Shown here: positions 35,864 to 46,205 of the stretch, in pieces
How the letters are laid out: every line of letters begins with the position of its first letter
Position numbering within the stretch: position 1 is the first letter of the stretch
Source: Anaeramoeba ignava BMAN
Lineage: Eukaryota; Protista; Anaeramoebae
Assembly (NCBI GenBank): GCA_028826165.1
Contig: JAPDFW010000121.1
Span: 62,001 to 126,000, forward strand
DNA length: 64,000 bases
Direction: 5' to 3'
Program-made: the position numbers and the translations under genes
Notes under the pieces: model-generated
What the model saw: only the letters and a program-made list of their open reading frames with translations
Databases searched by the model: none
Told to the model about the DNA's origin: nothing

Positions 35864-37678
35864 TTAAAAAATTAAACATTTTTCATTTTCATTTTGATTT
35901 TGATTTTGATTTTGATTATTAAATTTGTTAATTAATAAATCAAATAAATTTGGATTTGTTTGATTTAATTGAAAATAATCAATTCCTGTTTTAATTTCAT
36001 TAATAATTTCTTGTGTAATTTGAATTCCATTTTTGATTTGATTTGAATAAATCCAATATTCAAATATTTGAAATGATTTATTACTTAATTCACTATAATC
36101 TGTAACTTTATTAGAAGTATCATTTGTTACAGATAAAAACATTCCTCGATATAATTCACTTCTCATTATTAATATTAATTTAGGAAATTTATATTGTTTT
36201 TCTTTTCTTTCAATTATAAAATCTTTTTCATTTTCATTTAAATAAATTCTTTTCATTGTTTCTTCAATTTTTTCATTTAAATTTATAATTTCTTTAATAT
36301 CAGAATATAAATTTGGATTTATTATGGAATTATTTGAATAAATCATTTCAAATATTTGATTTGATTCTTTAATTGATTTTGTTGAAATAATTTCTTTAAG
36401 TTTTTCAATTTCATTTTCATCTTTTAATCTATATTTCAATATTAATTTATGAGCTTTGATTATTTCTCCATTTTCTGTTTTAAATGAAATATCACAAAAT
36501 TCTTTTCTTTCAAATAATTTTATCAAATCTTCTTCAAGATTGGAAAAAGGAGGAAGAGAATAATAAAGAAATGATTTGGGATATCCACAAGAAATATGAT
36601 AATTAGAAATATCTTCTTTAAATCTTAATTTAGGAAGTTCAATTTGAATTGGAATTAATTGTTGTTCTGTAATTGAAATATCTAGTTCGGAACCACGATT
36701 CTTGAAGGCAATCAATTTACAATTTGATGTTAAAATCAAAGTATGAGAATTTCCAATAGAAATTTCAAGAATATTATCATTTTCAAATAAAGATGATTTA
36801 ATTTCAGTAAATTCATAAGTATTTTCTTTTTTGCCAAGTCCATTATATTGATAATTTCCACATGAATAAAGTTTTCTTTTTGGATTTTCAATTTCAATCA
36901 ACATTATTGAATGAACAAATCCACATTGAATATCAATTATTTTACCTTTTGGAATATTTTGGATTTTGGTTAATTCCGCAAATTGTTTATTTTCTTCTTC
37001 TTTTTTTGATTCTCCTAATCCAAGTTGGCCAGAATAATTATATCCGCATCCAAATAATTCTTGATTTAAGTTTAAAAGGAAAACATAATGTGAAGAATTT
37101 CCTGAAAATATTTTATAAACATTTTTCATCATTAAAATTGGTTTTTTTGTTTTCAAAATTGTTTTAGAACCAAGTTGACCATATCCATTTGAACCAATTC
37201 CATAAACATTTTGATTTGAAGTTAATAAGTAAAGTGAACATCCAGAAACAATATCTTGGATTTTTCTATCATTTATATCTTCAATTAATGATGAAATATT
37301 GATAAATTCATTTGGATTTTTTGGATTAATATATTCTCCTTTAGCAAATACATTTCCTTCTTTTGTTAAAACAGCTTTAATTCCAGAACCAACAGTTACT
37401 TTTTGAATATTTTCTTCAATTTGGATTTTTATAATTTTTCGAGGTTTTCGATTGTATTGATCTTTTGGTAAATATTCTATTGCTTTTCCATTTTTAAAAA
37501 GGAAAATTGTTGAAAAATTTCCTGATAAAATTTGTTTAATTTCATTTTCATTTTCATTTTCATTTTCATTTTCATTTTCATTTTCAATCTCAATTTCATT
37601 TTTAAATTTAAAAGGTTTTATTATTCTATTTTGGATTAAAACAAAAACTTCATTTAATTTCATTTGATTTGACTTCAT
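35864..37678 (-). CDS. RCC1-BTB-BTB protein (copy 6, CaaX CLIF without polybasic stretch)
   Basis: Intact ORF; probable ATG at 37678 after Inr-like motifs. Confidence 0.88.
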   Translation of the reverse strand: MKSNQMKLNEVFVLIQNRIIKPFKFKNEIEIENENENENENENENEIKQILSGNFSTIFLFKNGKAIEYLPKDQYNRKPRKIIKIQIEENIQKVTVGSGIKAVLTKEGNVFAKGEYINPKNPNEFINISSLIEDINDRKIQDIVSGCSLYLLTSNQNVYGIGSNGYGQLGSKTILKTKKPILMMKNVYKIFSGNSSHYVFLLNLNQELFGCGYNYSGQLGLGESKKEEENKQFAELTKIQNIPKGKIIDIQCGFVHSIMLIEIENPKRKLYSCGNYQYNGLGKKENTYEFTEIKSSLFENDNILEISIGNSHTLILTSNCKLIAFKNRGSELDISITEQQLIPIQIELPKLRFKEDISNYHISCGYPKSFLYYSLPPFSNLEEDLIKLFERKEFCDISFKTENGEIIKAHKLILKYRLKDENEIEKLKEIISTKSIKESNQIFEMIYSNNSIINPNLYSDIKEIINLNEKIEETMKRIYLNENEKDFIIERKEKQYKFPKLILIMRSELYRGMFLSVTNDTSNKVTDYSELSNKSFQIFEYWIYSNQIKNGIQITQEIINEIKTGIDYFQLNQTNPNLFDLLINKFNNQNQNQNQNENEKCLIF

Positions 37679-37738
37679 TTTTTGAAAAGAAAGAAAAATG
37701 AAAAATGAAAAATTAGAAAAAAAAAAAATTTTTTTCAA

Positions 37739-39681
37739 TTAGAAATCAAAATGATAATTTAATCGAAGTTTTTCAGATAATTCACTATCCAAATTTTTGA
37801 TATTTTGAGGAGCTTCAGCAAAACAAACAAAAAAAGTAGTAACACCAGATGAAATTACTTCTCTAAAATTCAAAATAAATATTAAAATTAAATTAAATTA
37901 AAGTAAAAAATGATTTAATTGAAAATTTACAAAACAACCAAAGAAATAGACATTGCAATCAAAAGAGAAATCAAACTTATAACAATCCAAATTGAACTTT
38001 CATCAAACATCAAATAAGTAACAATTCCTGAAATTATTGCTGAAACTATTCCTGTCACAATAGAAGCTAATAAAATAACATTCCAAATTAAATCATCATT
38101 AATCACAGCTGTTAGTCCTCGATTTTGAAGAAGATGATAAGCTTTTTTGGAACTTTCAACAAATGAAGTACCATAAGTAGCAACATAAACAAAAGCAAAT
38201 TGATTAAACTTTTTTTTTTTTTAGAAACAAAAGAAAAATAAAATATTTATAAATTTTGGTTAGTTCAAATATTTTTAACAGGAAAAAAAAAGTAAGAATT
38301 TTTTTTTCTTTTTTGTTTTTGTTTGTTTTTGATTAGTTCAAATATTTTTCAAAATAATAAAAAATTTTACAAATTCAGTTAACCATTCAACAAATCCAAA
38401 AATGCAAGCAAAAAAAGTTTTAATATATTCATTTTCGCTTCTCATTCCATATTGAACCATTTGTTTCACAGTTTTAAGAATTGCGATCACTAAAGAACCA
38501 AAACAAATTGAACCAAATGAAAATGTGATTGCTCTTTTAAAAGATTTTAATGTTGGATCATCTGGCATATTTCCATTTGCAAAGTCTAAGAAAAAAAAAT
38601 GTTTTTTGTTGTTATTATTGATTTTGATTTTGATTTTGATTTTCATTTTCATTTACAATAAGATGCAAAAGTTCCACAAGAAGTTGTATGGACAATATTC
38701 TTAATCACATTAGTTGTCCAATAATAAGCTAGAAGAACAAAAAAGTTCCAAAAATTATTATCAATTTTATATATTTTGGTTCCAACATAAACCCAAGAAA
38801 TGATCCAAATAATATGAACACCAATTCCAAAAACAAAAGCAATAACAATCTTTTAATTTAAAATTTTTTGATTTAAATTATTCAAATTGAATTTTTTGAA
38901 TTTGAATTTTGATCCAAAAAATACCATTGCAGGATATTTTTGAGTAACTTCACTAACAGAAGATAAGAGAACTGAAGAGAAAGATATTCTCCGAGCCCAT
39001 GTATTAAACAAAATCAAAGCAAAAATAAATGAAATTGTGAAAAGAATTCCAGAAAGAAATGAACCAAGTGAAAACATTACAATCGCCATAATTGCAAGAA
39101 AAACAATACTCTAACAAAATTTAAAACTTGGAAATTTAACACTGCAAAAAAAATCAACGTTGATATTTAAAGGAATCAATTACCAAAATATAAGTAAAAT
39201 ATATTAATTTTCTCGCATATTTTTTCATCATTTGAATCCAAAAAAAAGAACCAATTATTCCAATTAAAACTGAAATTATAATTAAAATCCAAAACGATTT
39301 TGATGCTTGTTTATAATACTTTGAATTTGAATCATTTTCATTCATTTTTTTTGAGTTTGATCTTGCAGAAACTGCAAATAAAATTGTTAAATGGAAAACA
39401 AACAAAAAAATTGCCCAAATATCTTTGCAATTTGATTTTTTTTCTTCTTCTTCTTCATTTGAATCATCAAAAAAATCAACTATATTTCCTTTTCCTTTTT
39501 TTAATGATTCTATGTCTGAATCACTATTCATTAAGTTTTGTTCTTCATCTGAATTTAATTCTAATTCTTTTTTTTTGTTCTTTTTTTCTTTTTTTTTTGG
39601 ATTTTCTTTTGGATTTTCTTTGTTTTGTTCGAAATCAACAAGAATAAAATCTTCGTCTGAATTTTTTTGAATTGAATTCAT
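37739..39681 (-). CDS. Choline transporter-like (CTL/SLC44, Pns1-like) membrane protein; multi-exon
   Basis: CKDIWAIFLF, RISFSSVLL, YWTTNVIKNIVHTTSCG, SFKRAITFSFGSICFGSLVIAIL, FNQFAFVYVATYGTSFVESSKKAY..INDDLI, SSGVTTFFVCFAEAP. Confidence 0.85.
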
Positions 39682-39741
39682 TTTATTATTTTGTAGAAAG
39701 AAAAAATGAAAAAATGAAAAAATGAAAAAATGAAAAAATGA

Positions 39742-40019
39742 AAATTTTAATTTTAATTTTAATTTTAATTTTAATTTTAATTTTAATTTTAATTTTAATT
39801 TTAATTTTAATTTTAATTTTAATTTTAATTTTAATTTTAATTTTAATTTTAATTTTAATTTTAATTTTAATTTTAATTTTAATTTTAATTTTAATTTTAA
39901 TTTTAATTTTAATTTTAATTTTAATTTTAATTTTAATTTTAATTTTGATTTTAATTTTAATTTTAATTTTAATTTTAATTTTAATTTTAATTTTAATTTT
40001 AATTTTAATTTTAATTTTG
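39742..40019. repeat. Nearly perfect (TTTTAA)n tract
   Basis: Directly visible; begins at the stop codon of copy 7. Confidence 0.95.
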
Positions 40020-41895
40020 ATTATTAAATTTCTGAATTAATAAATCAATTAAATTTGGATTTGTTTGATTTAATTGAAAATAATCAATTCCTCTTTCTAA
40101 TTCTTGAATAATTTCTTGTGTAATTTGAATTTCATCTTTAATTTGATTTGAATAAATCCAATATTCTAATATTTGAAATGATTTATTACTTAATTCACTA
40201 TAATCTGTAACTTTATTTGATTTATCTTCAGTTACAGATAAAAACATTCCTCGATATAATTCACTTCTCATTATTAATATTAATTTTAGGAAATTTATAT
40301 TGTTTTTCTTTTCTTTCAATTATAAAATCTTTTTCATTTTCATTTAAATAAATTCTTTTCATTGTTTCTTCAATTTTTTCATTGGAATTTATAATTTCTT
40401 TAATTTCAGAATATAATTTTGGATTTATTATTCTGTTTGAATAAATCATTTCAAATATTTGATTTGATTCTTTAATTGATTTATTTGAAATAATTTCTTG
40501 AAGTTTTTCAATTTGATTTTGATTTTGATTTAATCTATATTTTAATATTAATTTATGAGCTTTGATTATTTCTCCATTTTTGGTTTTAAATGAAATATCA
40601 CAAAATTCTTTTCTTTTAAATAGTTTTATCAAATCTTCTTCAAGATTGGAAAAAGAAGAAGAATAATAAAGAAATGATCTGTTATATCCACAAGAAATAT
40701 GATAATTGGAAATATTTTCATTAAATCTTAATTTAGGAAGTTCAATTTGAATTGGAATTGATTGATTATATGTATCTCCAATTCCTAATTGATCAGAAGC
40801 ATTATATCCAAATCCTATCATTTTCCCTTTTGATGTTAAAATCAAATTATGATAACTTCCAACAGAAAAATCAAGAATATTATCATTTTCAAATAAAGAT
40901 AATTTGATTTCAGTAAATTCATAAGTAGTTTCTTTTTTGCCAAGTCCATTAAATTCAGAATTTCCACATGAATAAAGTTTTCTTTTTTCATTTTCATTTT
41001 CATTTTCATTTTCATTTTCATTTTCATTTTCTTTTTCTTTTTCATTTTCATTTTCATTTTCATTTTCATTTTCATTTTCATTTTCATTTTCAATCATCAT
41101 TATCGAATGTGCAATTCCACATTGAATATCAATTATTTTACCTTTTGGAATATTTTGGATTTTGGTTAATTTTTGGATTGTTTCTTCTCTTCTTAATTCT
41201 CCTAATCCAAGTTGACTATATCTATTAAATCCGCATCCAAATAATTCTTGATTTGAATTTAAAAGAAAAACATGATCTGAAGAATTTCCTGAAAATATTT
41301 TAGAAACATTTTTCATCATTAAAATTGGTTTTTGTGTTTTTGGAAATGTTTTAGAATCAAAACCAAGTTGACTATATTCATTTGAACCAATTCCATAAAC
41401 ATTTTGATTTGAAGTTAATAAATAAATCGAATTAGCTCCAGAAACAACATCTTCAATTATTCTATCATTTTTATCTTCAATTAATGATGAAATATTGATA
41501 AATTCTTTTGGATTATTTGAATTAATATCGTATCCTTTTGCAAATACATTTCCTTCTATTGTTAAAATAGCTTCATTTCCCCAACCAACAGTTACTTTTT
41601 GAATATTTTCTTCAATTTGGATTTTTTTAGGTTTTTGATTTGAATATTCTTCATTTAAATATTCTATTGCTTTTCCATTTTTAAAAAGGAAAATTGTTGA
41701 AAAACCTCCTGATGAAATTTGTTTAATTTGTTTTTCATTTTCATTTTCATTTTCATTTTCATTTTCATTTTCATTTTCATTTTCATTTTCATTTTCATTT
41801 TCAAATTTAAATTGAATTGGTTTTGTTATTTTATCTGGTTTATTTTTGATAAGAATTGGATATTCATTTAAACCAAAAAATAAACAATCATTCAT
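40011..41895 (-). CDS. RCC1-BTB-BTB protein (copy 7, no CaaX); apparent +1 frameshift near 40285
   Basis: Collinear ORFs; nearly identical to copy 8. Confidence 0.85.
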
Positions 41896-42174
41896 TTTTG
41901 AAAAGAAAAAAATGAAAAAAATGAAAATGAATTTTAATTTTAATTTTGATTTTAATTTTAATTTTGATTTTTGATTTTAATTTTAATTTTAATTTTAATT
42001 TTAATTTTAATTTTAATTTTAATTTTAATTTGAATTTGAATTTTAATTTTGATTTTGATTTTAATTTTGATTTTAATTTTAATTTTAATTTTAATTTTGA
42101 TTTTAATTTTAATTTTAATTTTGATTTTAATTTTAATTTTAATTTTAATTTTGATTTTAATTTTAATTTTAATT

Positions 42175-44010
42175 TTAATTTTGATTATTAAATTTTTTAA
42201 TTAATAAATCAATTAAATTTGGATTTGTTTGATTTAATTGAAAATAATCAATTCCTCTTTCTAATTCTTGAATAATTTCTTGTGTAATTTGAATTTCTTC
42301 TTTAATTTGATTTGAATAAATCCAATATTCAAATATTTGAAATGATTTATTACTTAATTCACTATAATCTGTAACTTTATTAGATTTATCATTTGTAACA
42401 GATAAAAACATTCCTCGATATAATTCACTTCTCATTATTAATATTAATTTAGGAAATTTATATTGTTTTTCTTTTCTTTCAATAATAAAATCTTTTTCAT
42501 TTTCATTTTCATTTTCATTTAAATAAATTCTTTTCATTGTTTCTTCAATTTTTTCATTTGAATTTATAATTTCTTTAATTTCAGAATATAAATTTGGATT
42601 TATTATGGAATTGTTTGAATAAATCATTTCAAATATTTGATTTGATTCTTTAATTGATTTATTTGAAATAATTTCTTGAAGTTTTTCAATTTGATTTTGA
42701 TTTTGATTTAATCTATATTTCAATATTAATTTATGAGCTTTGATTATTTCTCCATTTTCGGTTTTAAATGAAATATCACAAAATTCTTTTCTTCTAAATA
42801 ATTTTATCAAATCTTCTTCAAGATTGGAAAAAGAAGGATAAGAATAATAAAGAAATGATCTGTTATATCCACAAGAAATATGATAATTGGAAATATTTTC
42901 ATTAAATCTTAATTTAGGAAGTTCAATTTGAGTTGGAATTGATTGTTTATATGTATCTCCAATTCCTAATTGACCATAATTATTACGTCCAAATCCAATT
43001 AGTTTCCCTTTGGAAGTTAAAATCAAATTATGAAAGCATCCAACAGAAAAATCAAGAATATTATCATTTTCAAATAAAGATGATTTGATTTCAGTAAATT
43101 CATAAGTAGTTTCTTTTTTGCCAAGTCCATTAAATTCAGAATTTCCACATGAATAAAGTTTTCTTTTTTCATTTTCATTTTCATTTTCATTTTCTTTTTC
43201 TTTTTCTTTTTCTTTTTCTTTTTCTTTTTCATTTTCATTTTCATTTTCATTTTCAATCATCATTATCGAATGTGCAATTCCACATTGAATATCAATTATT
43301 TTGCCTTTTGGAATATTTTGGATTTTGGTTAATTTTTGGATTGTTTCTTCTTTTCTTAATTCTCCTAATCCAAGTTGACCATCACTATTTAATCCGCATC
43401 CAAATAATTCTTGATTTGAATTTAAAAGAAAAACATGATCTGAAGAATTTCCTGAAAATATTTTAGAAACATTTTTCATCATTAAAATTGGTTTTTGTGT
43501 TTTTGGAAATGTTTTAGAATCAAAACCAAGTTGACTATATTCATTTGAACCAATTCCATAAACATTTTGATTTGAAGTTAATAAATAAATCGAATTAGCT
43601 CCAGAAACAACATCTTCAATTATTCTATCATTTTTATCTTCAATTAATGATGAAATATTGATAAATTCTTTTGGATTATTTGAATTAATATCGTATCCTT
43701 TTGCAAATACATTTCCTTCTATTGTTAAAATAGCTTCATTTCCCCAACCAACAGTTACTTTTTGAATACTTTTTTCAATTTGGATTTTTTTAGGTTTTTG
43801 ATTTGAATTTTTTAAATATTCTATTGCTTTTCCATTTTTAAAAAGGAAAATTGTTGAAAAACCTCCTGATGAAATTTGTTTAATTTCATTTTCATTTTCT
43901 TTTTCATTTTCATTTTCAAATTTAAATTGAATTGGTTTTGTTATTTTATCTGGTTTATTTTTGATAAGAATTGGATATTCATTTAAACCAAAAAATATAA
44001 TTTCATTCAT
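42175..44010 (-). CDS. RCC1-BTB-BTB protein (copy 8, no CaaX)
   Basis: Intact 611-aa ORF. Confidence 0.9.
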   Translation of the reverse strand: MNEIIFFGLNEYPILIKNKPDKITKPIQFKFENENEKENENEIKQISSGGFSTIFLFKNGKAIEYLKNSNQKPKKIQIEKSIQKVTVGWGNEAILTIEGNVFAKGYDINSNNPKEFINISSLIEDKNDRIIEDVVSGANSIYLLTSNQNVYGIGSNEYSQLGFDSKTFPKTQKPILMMKNVSKIFSGNSSDHVFLLNSNQELFGCGLNSDGQLGLGELRKEETIQKLTKIQNIPKGKIIDIQCGIAHSIMMIENENENENEKEKEKEKEKEKENENENENEKRKLYSCGNSEFNGLGKKETTYEFTEIKSSLFENDNILDFSVGCFHNLILTSKGKLIGFGRNNYGQLGIGDTYKQSIPTQIELPKLRFNENISNYHISCGYNRSFLYYSYPSFSNLEEDLIKLFRRKEFCDISFKTENGEIIKAHKLILKYRLNQNQNQIEKLQEIISNKSIKESNQIFEMIYSNNSIINPNLYSEIKEIINSNEKIEETMKRIYLNENENENEKDFIIERKEKQYKFPKLILIMRSELYRGMFLSVTNDKSNKVTDYSELSNKSFQIFEYWIYSNQIKEEIQITQEIIQELERGIDYFQLNQTNPNLIDLLIKKFNNQN

Positions 44011-44401
44011 TTTTGAAATGAAAAAAATGAAAAATAAAAAATGAATTTTAATTTTAAATTTAATTTTAATTTTAATTTTAATTTTAATTTTAATTTTAAT
44101 TTTAATTTTAATTTTAATTTTAATTTTAATTTTAATTTTAATTTTAATTTTAATTTTAATTTTAATTTTAATTTTAAATTTAATTTTAATTTGAATTTGA
44201 ATTTTAATTTTAATTTTAATTTTAATTTTAATTTTAATTTTAATTTTAATTTTAATTTTAATTTTGATTTTAATTTTGATTTTGATTTTAATTTTGATTT
44301 TAATTTTGATTTTAAATTTAATTTTAATTTTAATTTTGATTTTAATTTTAACTTTAATTTTAATTTTGATTTTAATTTTGATTTTAATTTTAATTTTAAT
44401 T

Positions 44402-46141
44402 TTAATTTTGATTATTAAATTTGTTAATTAATAAATCAATTAAATTTGGATTTGTTTGATTTAATTGAAAATAATCAATTCCAGTTTCTATTTCATCGAT
44501 AATTTCTTTTGTAATTTCAATTTCATCTTTAATTTGATTTGAATAAATCCAATATTCAAATATTTGAAATGATTTATTACTTAATTCACTATAATCTGTA
44601 ACTTTATTAGATTTATCTTCAGTTACAGATAAAAACATTCCTCGATATAATTCACTTCTCATTATTAATATTAATTTAGGAAATTTATATTGTTTTTCTT
44701 TTCTTTCAATTATAAAATCTTTTTCATTTTCATTTAAATAAATTCTTTTCATTGTTTCTTCAATTTTTTCATTTGAATTTATAATTTCTTTAATTTCAGA
44801 ATATAATATTGGATTTATTTTGGAATTATTTGAATAAATCATTTCAAATATTTGATTTGATTCTTTAATTGATTTTTTTGAAATAATTTCTTTAAGTTTT
44901 TCAATTTCATTTTGATTTTGATTTAATCTATATTTCAATATTAATTTATGAGCTTCAATTATTTCTCCATTTTTGGTTTTAAATGAAATATTGCAAAATT
45001 CTTTTCTTTTAAATAATTTTATCAAATCTTCTTCAAGATTGGAAAGAGAAGGAGAATAATAAAGAAATGATTTGAAATATCCACAAGAAATATGATAATT
45101 GGAAATATTTTCATTAAATCTTAATTTAGGAAGTTTAATTTGAATTGGAACGAATTGTTGTTCTGTATTTTCAATTCCTAATTCACCAAAATAATTATCT
45201 CCAAATACTATCAATTTCCCTTTGTAAGTTAAAATCAAAGTATGAACATTTCCACAAGAAAAATCAAGAATATTATCATTTTCAAATAAAGATAATTTAA
45301 TTTCAGTAAATTCATAGGTATTTTCTTTTTTGCCAAGTCCATTATTTTTCCAATAGCCACATGAATAAAGTTTTCTTTTTAGATTTTCATTTTCATTTTG
45401 ATCTTCAATCAACATTACTGAAAAATACATTGAGGATTGAATATCAATTATTTTGCCTTTTGGAATATTTTGGATTTTGGTTAATTTATCGATTTTTTGA
45501 ATAGCTTTCATTCCTAATCCGAGTTGACCATAATAATTCCAACCACATGTAAATAATTCTTGATTTGAATTTAAAAGAAAAACATGAAGTGAAATATTTC
45601 CTGAAAATATTTTAGAAACATTTTTCATCATTAAAATTGGTTTTTCTGTTTTTTCAAGTGTTTCAGAATCAAAACTAAGTTGACCAAATTGATTTGAACC
45701 AATTATATAAGCATTTTGATTTGAAGTTAATAAGTAAATTGTACTGTTACTTGAAACAATATCTTGAATTATTCTATCATTTTTATCTTCAATTAATGAT
45801 GAAATATTGATAAATTCTTTTGGATTATCTGGATTAATATCATCTCCTTTTGCAAATACATTTCCTTCTTTTGTTAAAATAACTTCATTTTGATAACCAA
45901 CAGTTACTTTTTGAATATTTTCTTCAATTTGGATTTTTTCAGGATTTTGTTTTGAATTTTTTAAATATTCTATTGCTTTTCCATTTTTAAAAAGGAAAAT
46001 TGTTGCTAAATAACCTGATGAAATTTGTTTAATTTGTTTTTCATTTTCAAATTTAAATTTAATTGGTTTTTTTATTTTATCTGGTTTATTTTTGAAAAGT
46101 TTTGGATTATTATTTGAACCAAAAAATATAATTTCATTCAT
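44402..46141 (-). CDS. RCC1-BTB-BTB protein (copy 9, no CaaX)
   Basis: Intact 579-aa ORF. Confidence 0.9.
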   Translation of the reverse strand: MNEIIFFGSNNNPKLFKNKPDKIKKPIKFKFENEKQIKQISSGYLATIFLFKNGKAIEYLKNSKQNPEKIQIEENIQKVTVGYQNEVILTKEGNVFAKGDDINPDNPKEFINISSLIEDKNDRIIQDIVSSNSTIYLLTSNQNAYIIGSNQFGQLSFDSETLEKTEKPILMMKNVSKIFSGNISLHVFLLNSNQELFTCGWNYYGQLGLGMKAIQKIDKLTKIQNIPKGKIIDIQSSMYFSVMLIEDQNENENLKRKLYSCGYWKNNGLGKKENTYEFTEIKLSLFENDNILDFSCGNVHTLILTYKGKLIVFGDNYFGELGIENTEQQFVPIQIKLPKLRFNENISNYHISCGYFKSFLYYSPSLSNLEEDLIKLFKRKEFCNISFKTKNGEIIEAHKLILKYRLNQNQNEIEKLKEIISKKSIKESNQIFEMIYSNNSKINPILYSEIKEIINSNEKIEETMKRIYLNENEKDFIIERKEKQYKFPKLILIMRSELYRGMFLSVTEDKSNKVTDYSELSNKSFQIFEYWIYSNQIKDEIEITKEIIDEIETGIDYFQLNQTNPNLIDLLINKFNNQN

Positions 46142-46205
46142 TTTTTAAAAGAAAAAAATGAAAAAATAATTTTGAATTTTTAATTTTTAATTTTAATTTT
46201 AGTGA

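Noticed and set aside
8676-46141. rvt plus hypervariable RCC1 genes as a diversity-generating retroelement
   Set aside because: The RT has rvt rather than DGR motifs, no template/variable repeat pair is visible, and variation is spread over whole paralogous genes and not evidently adenine-specific.
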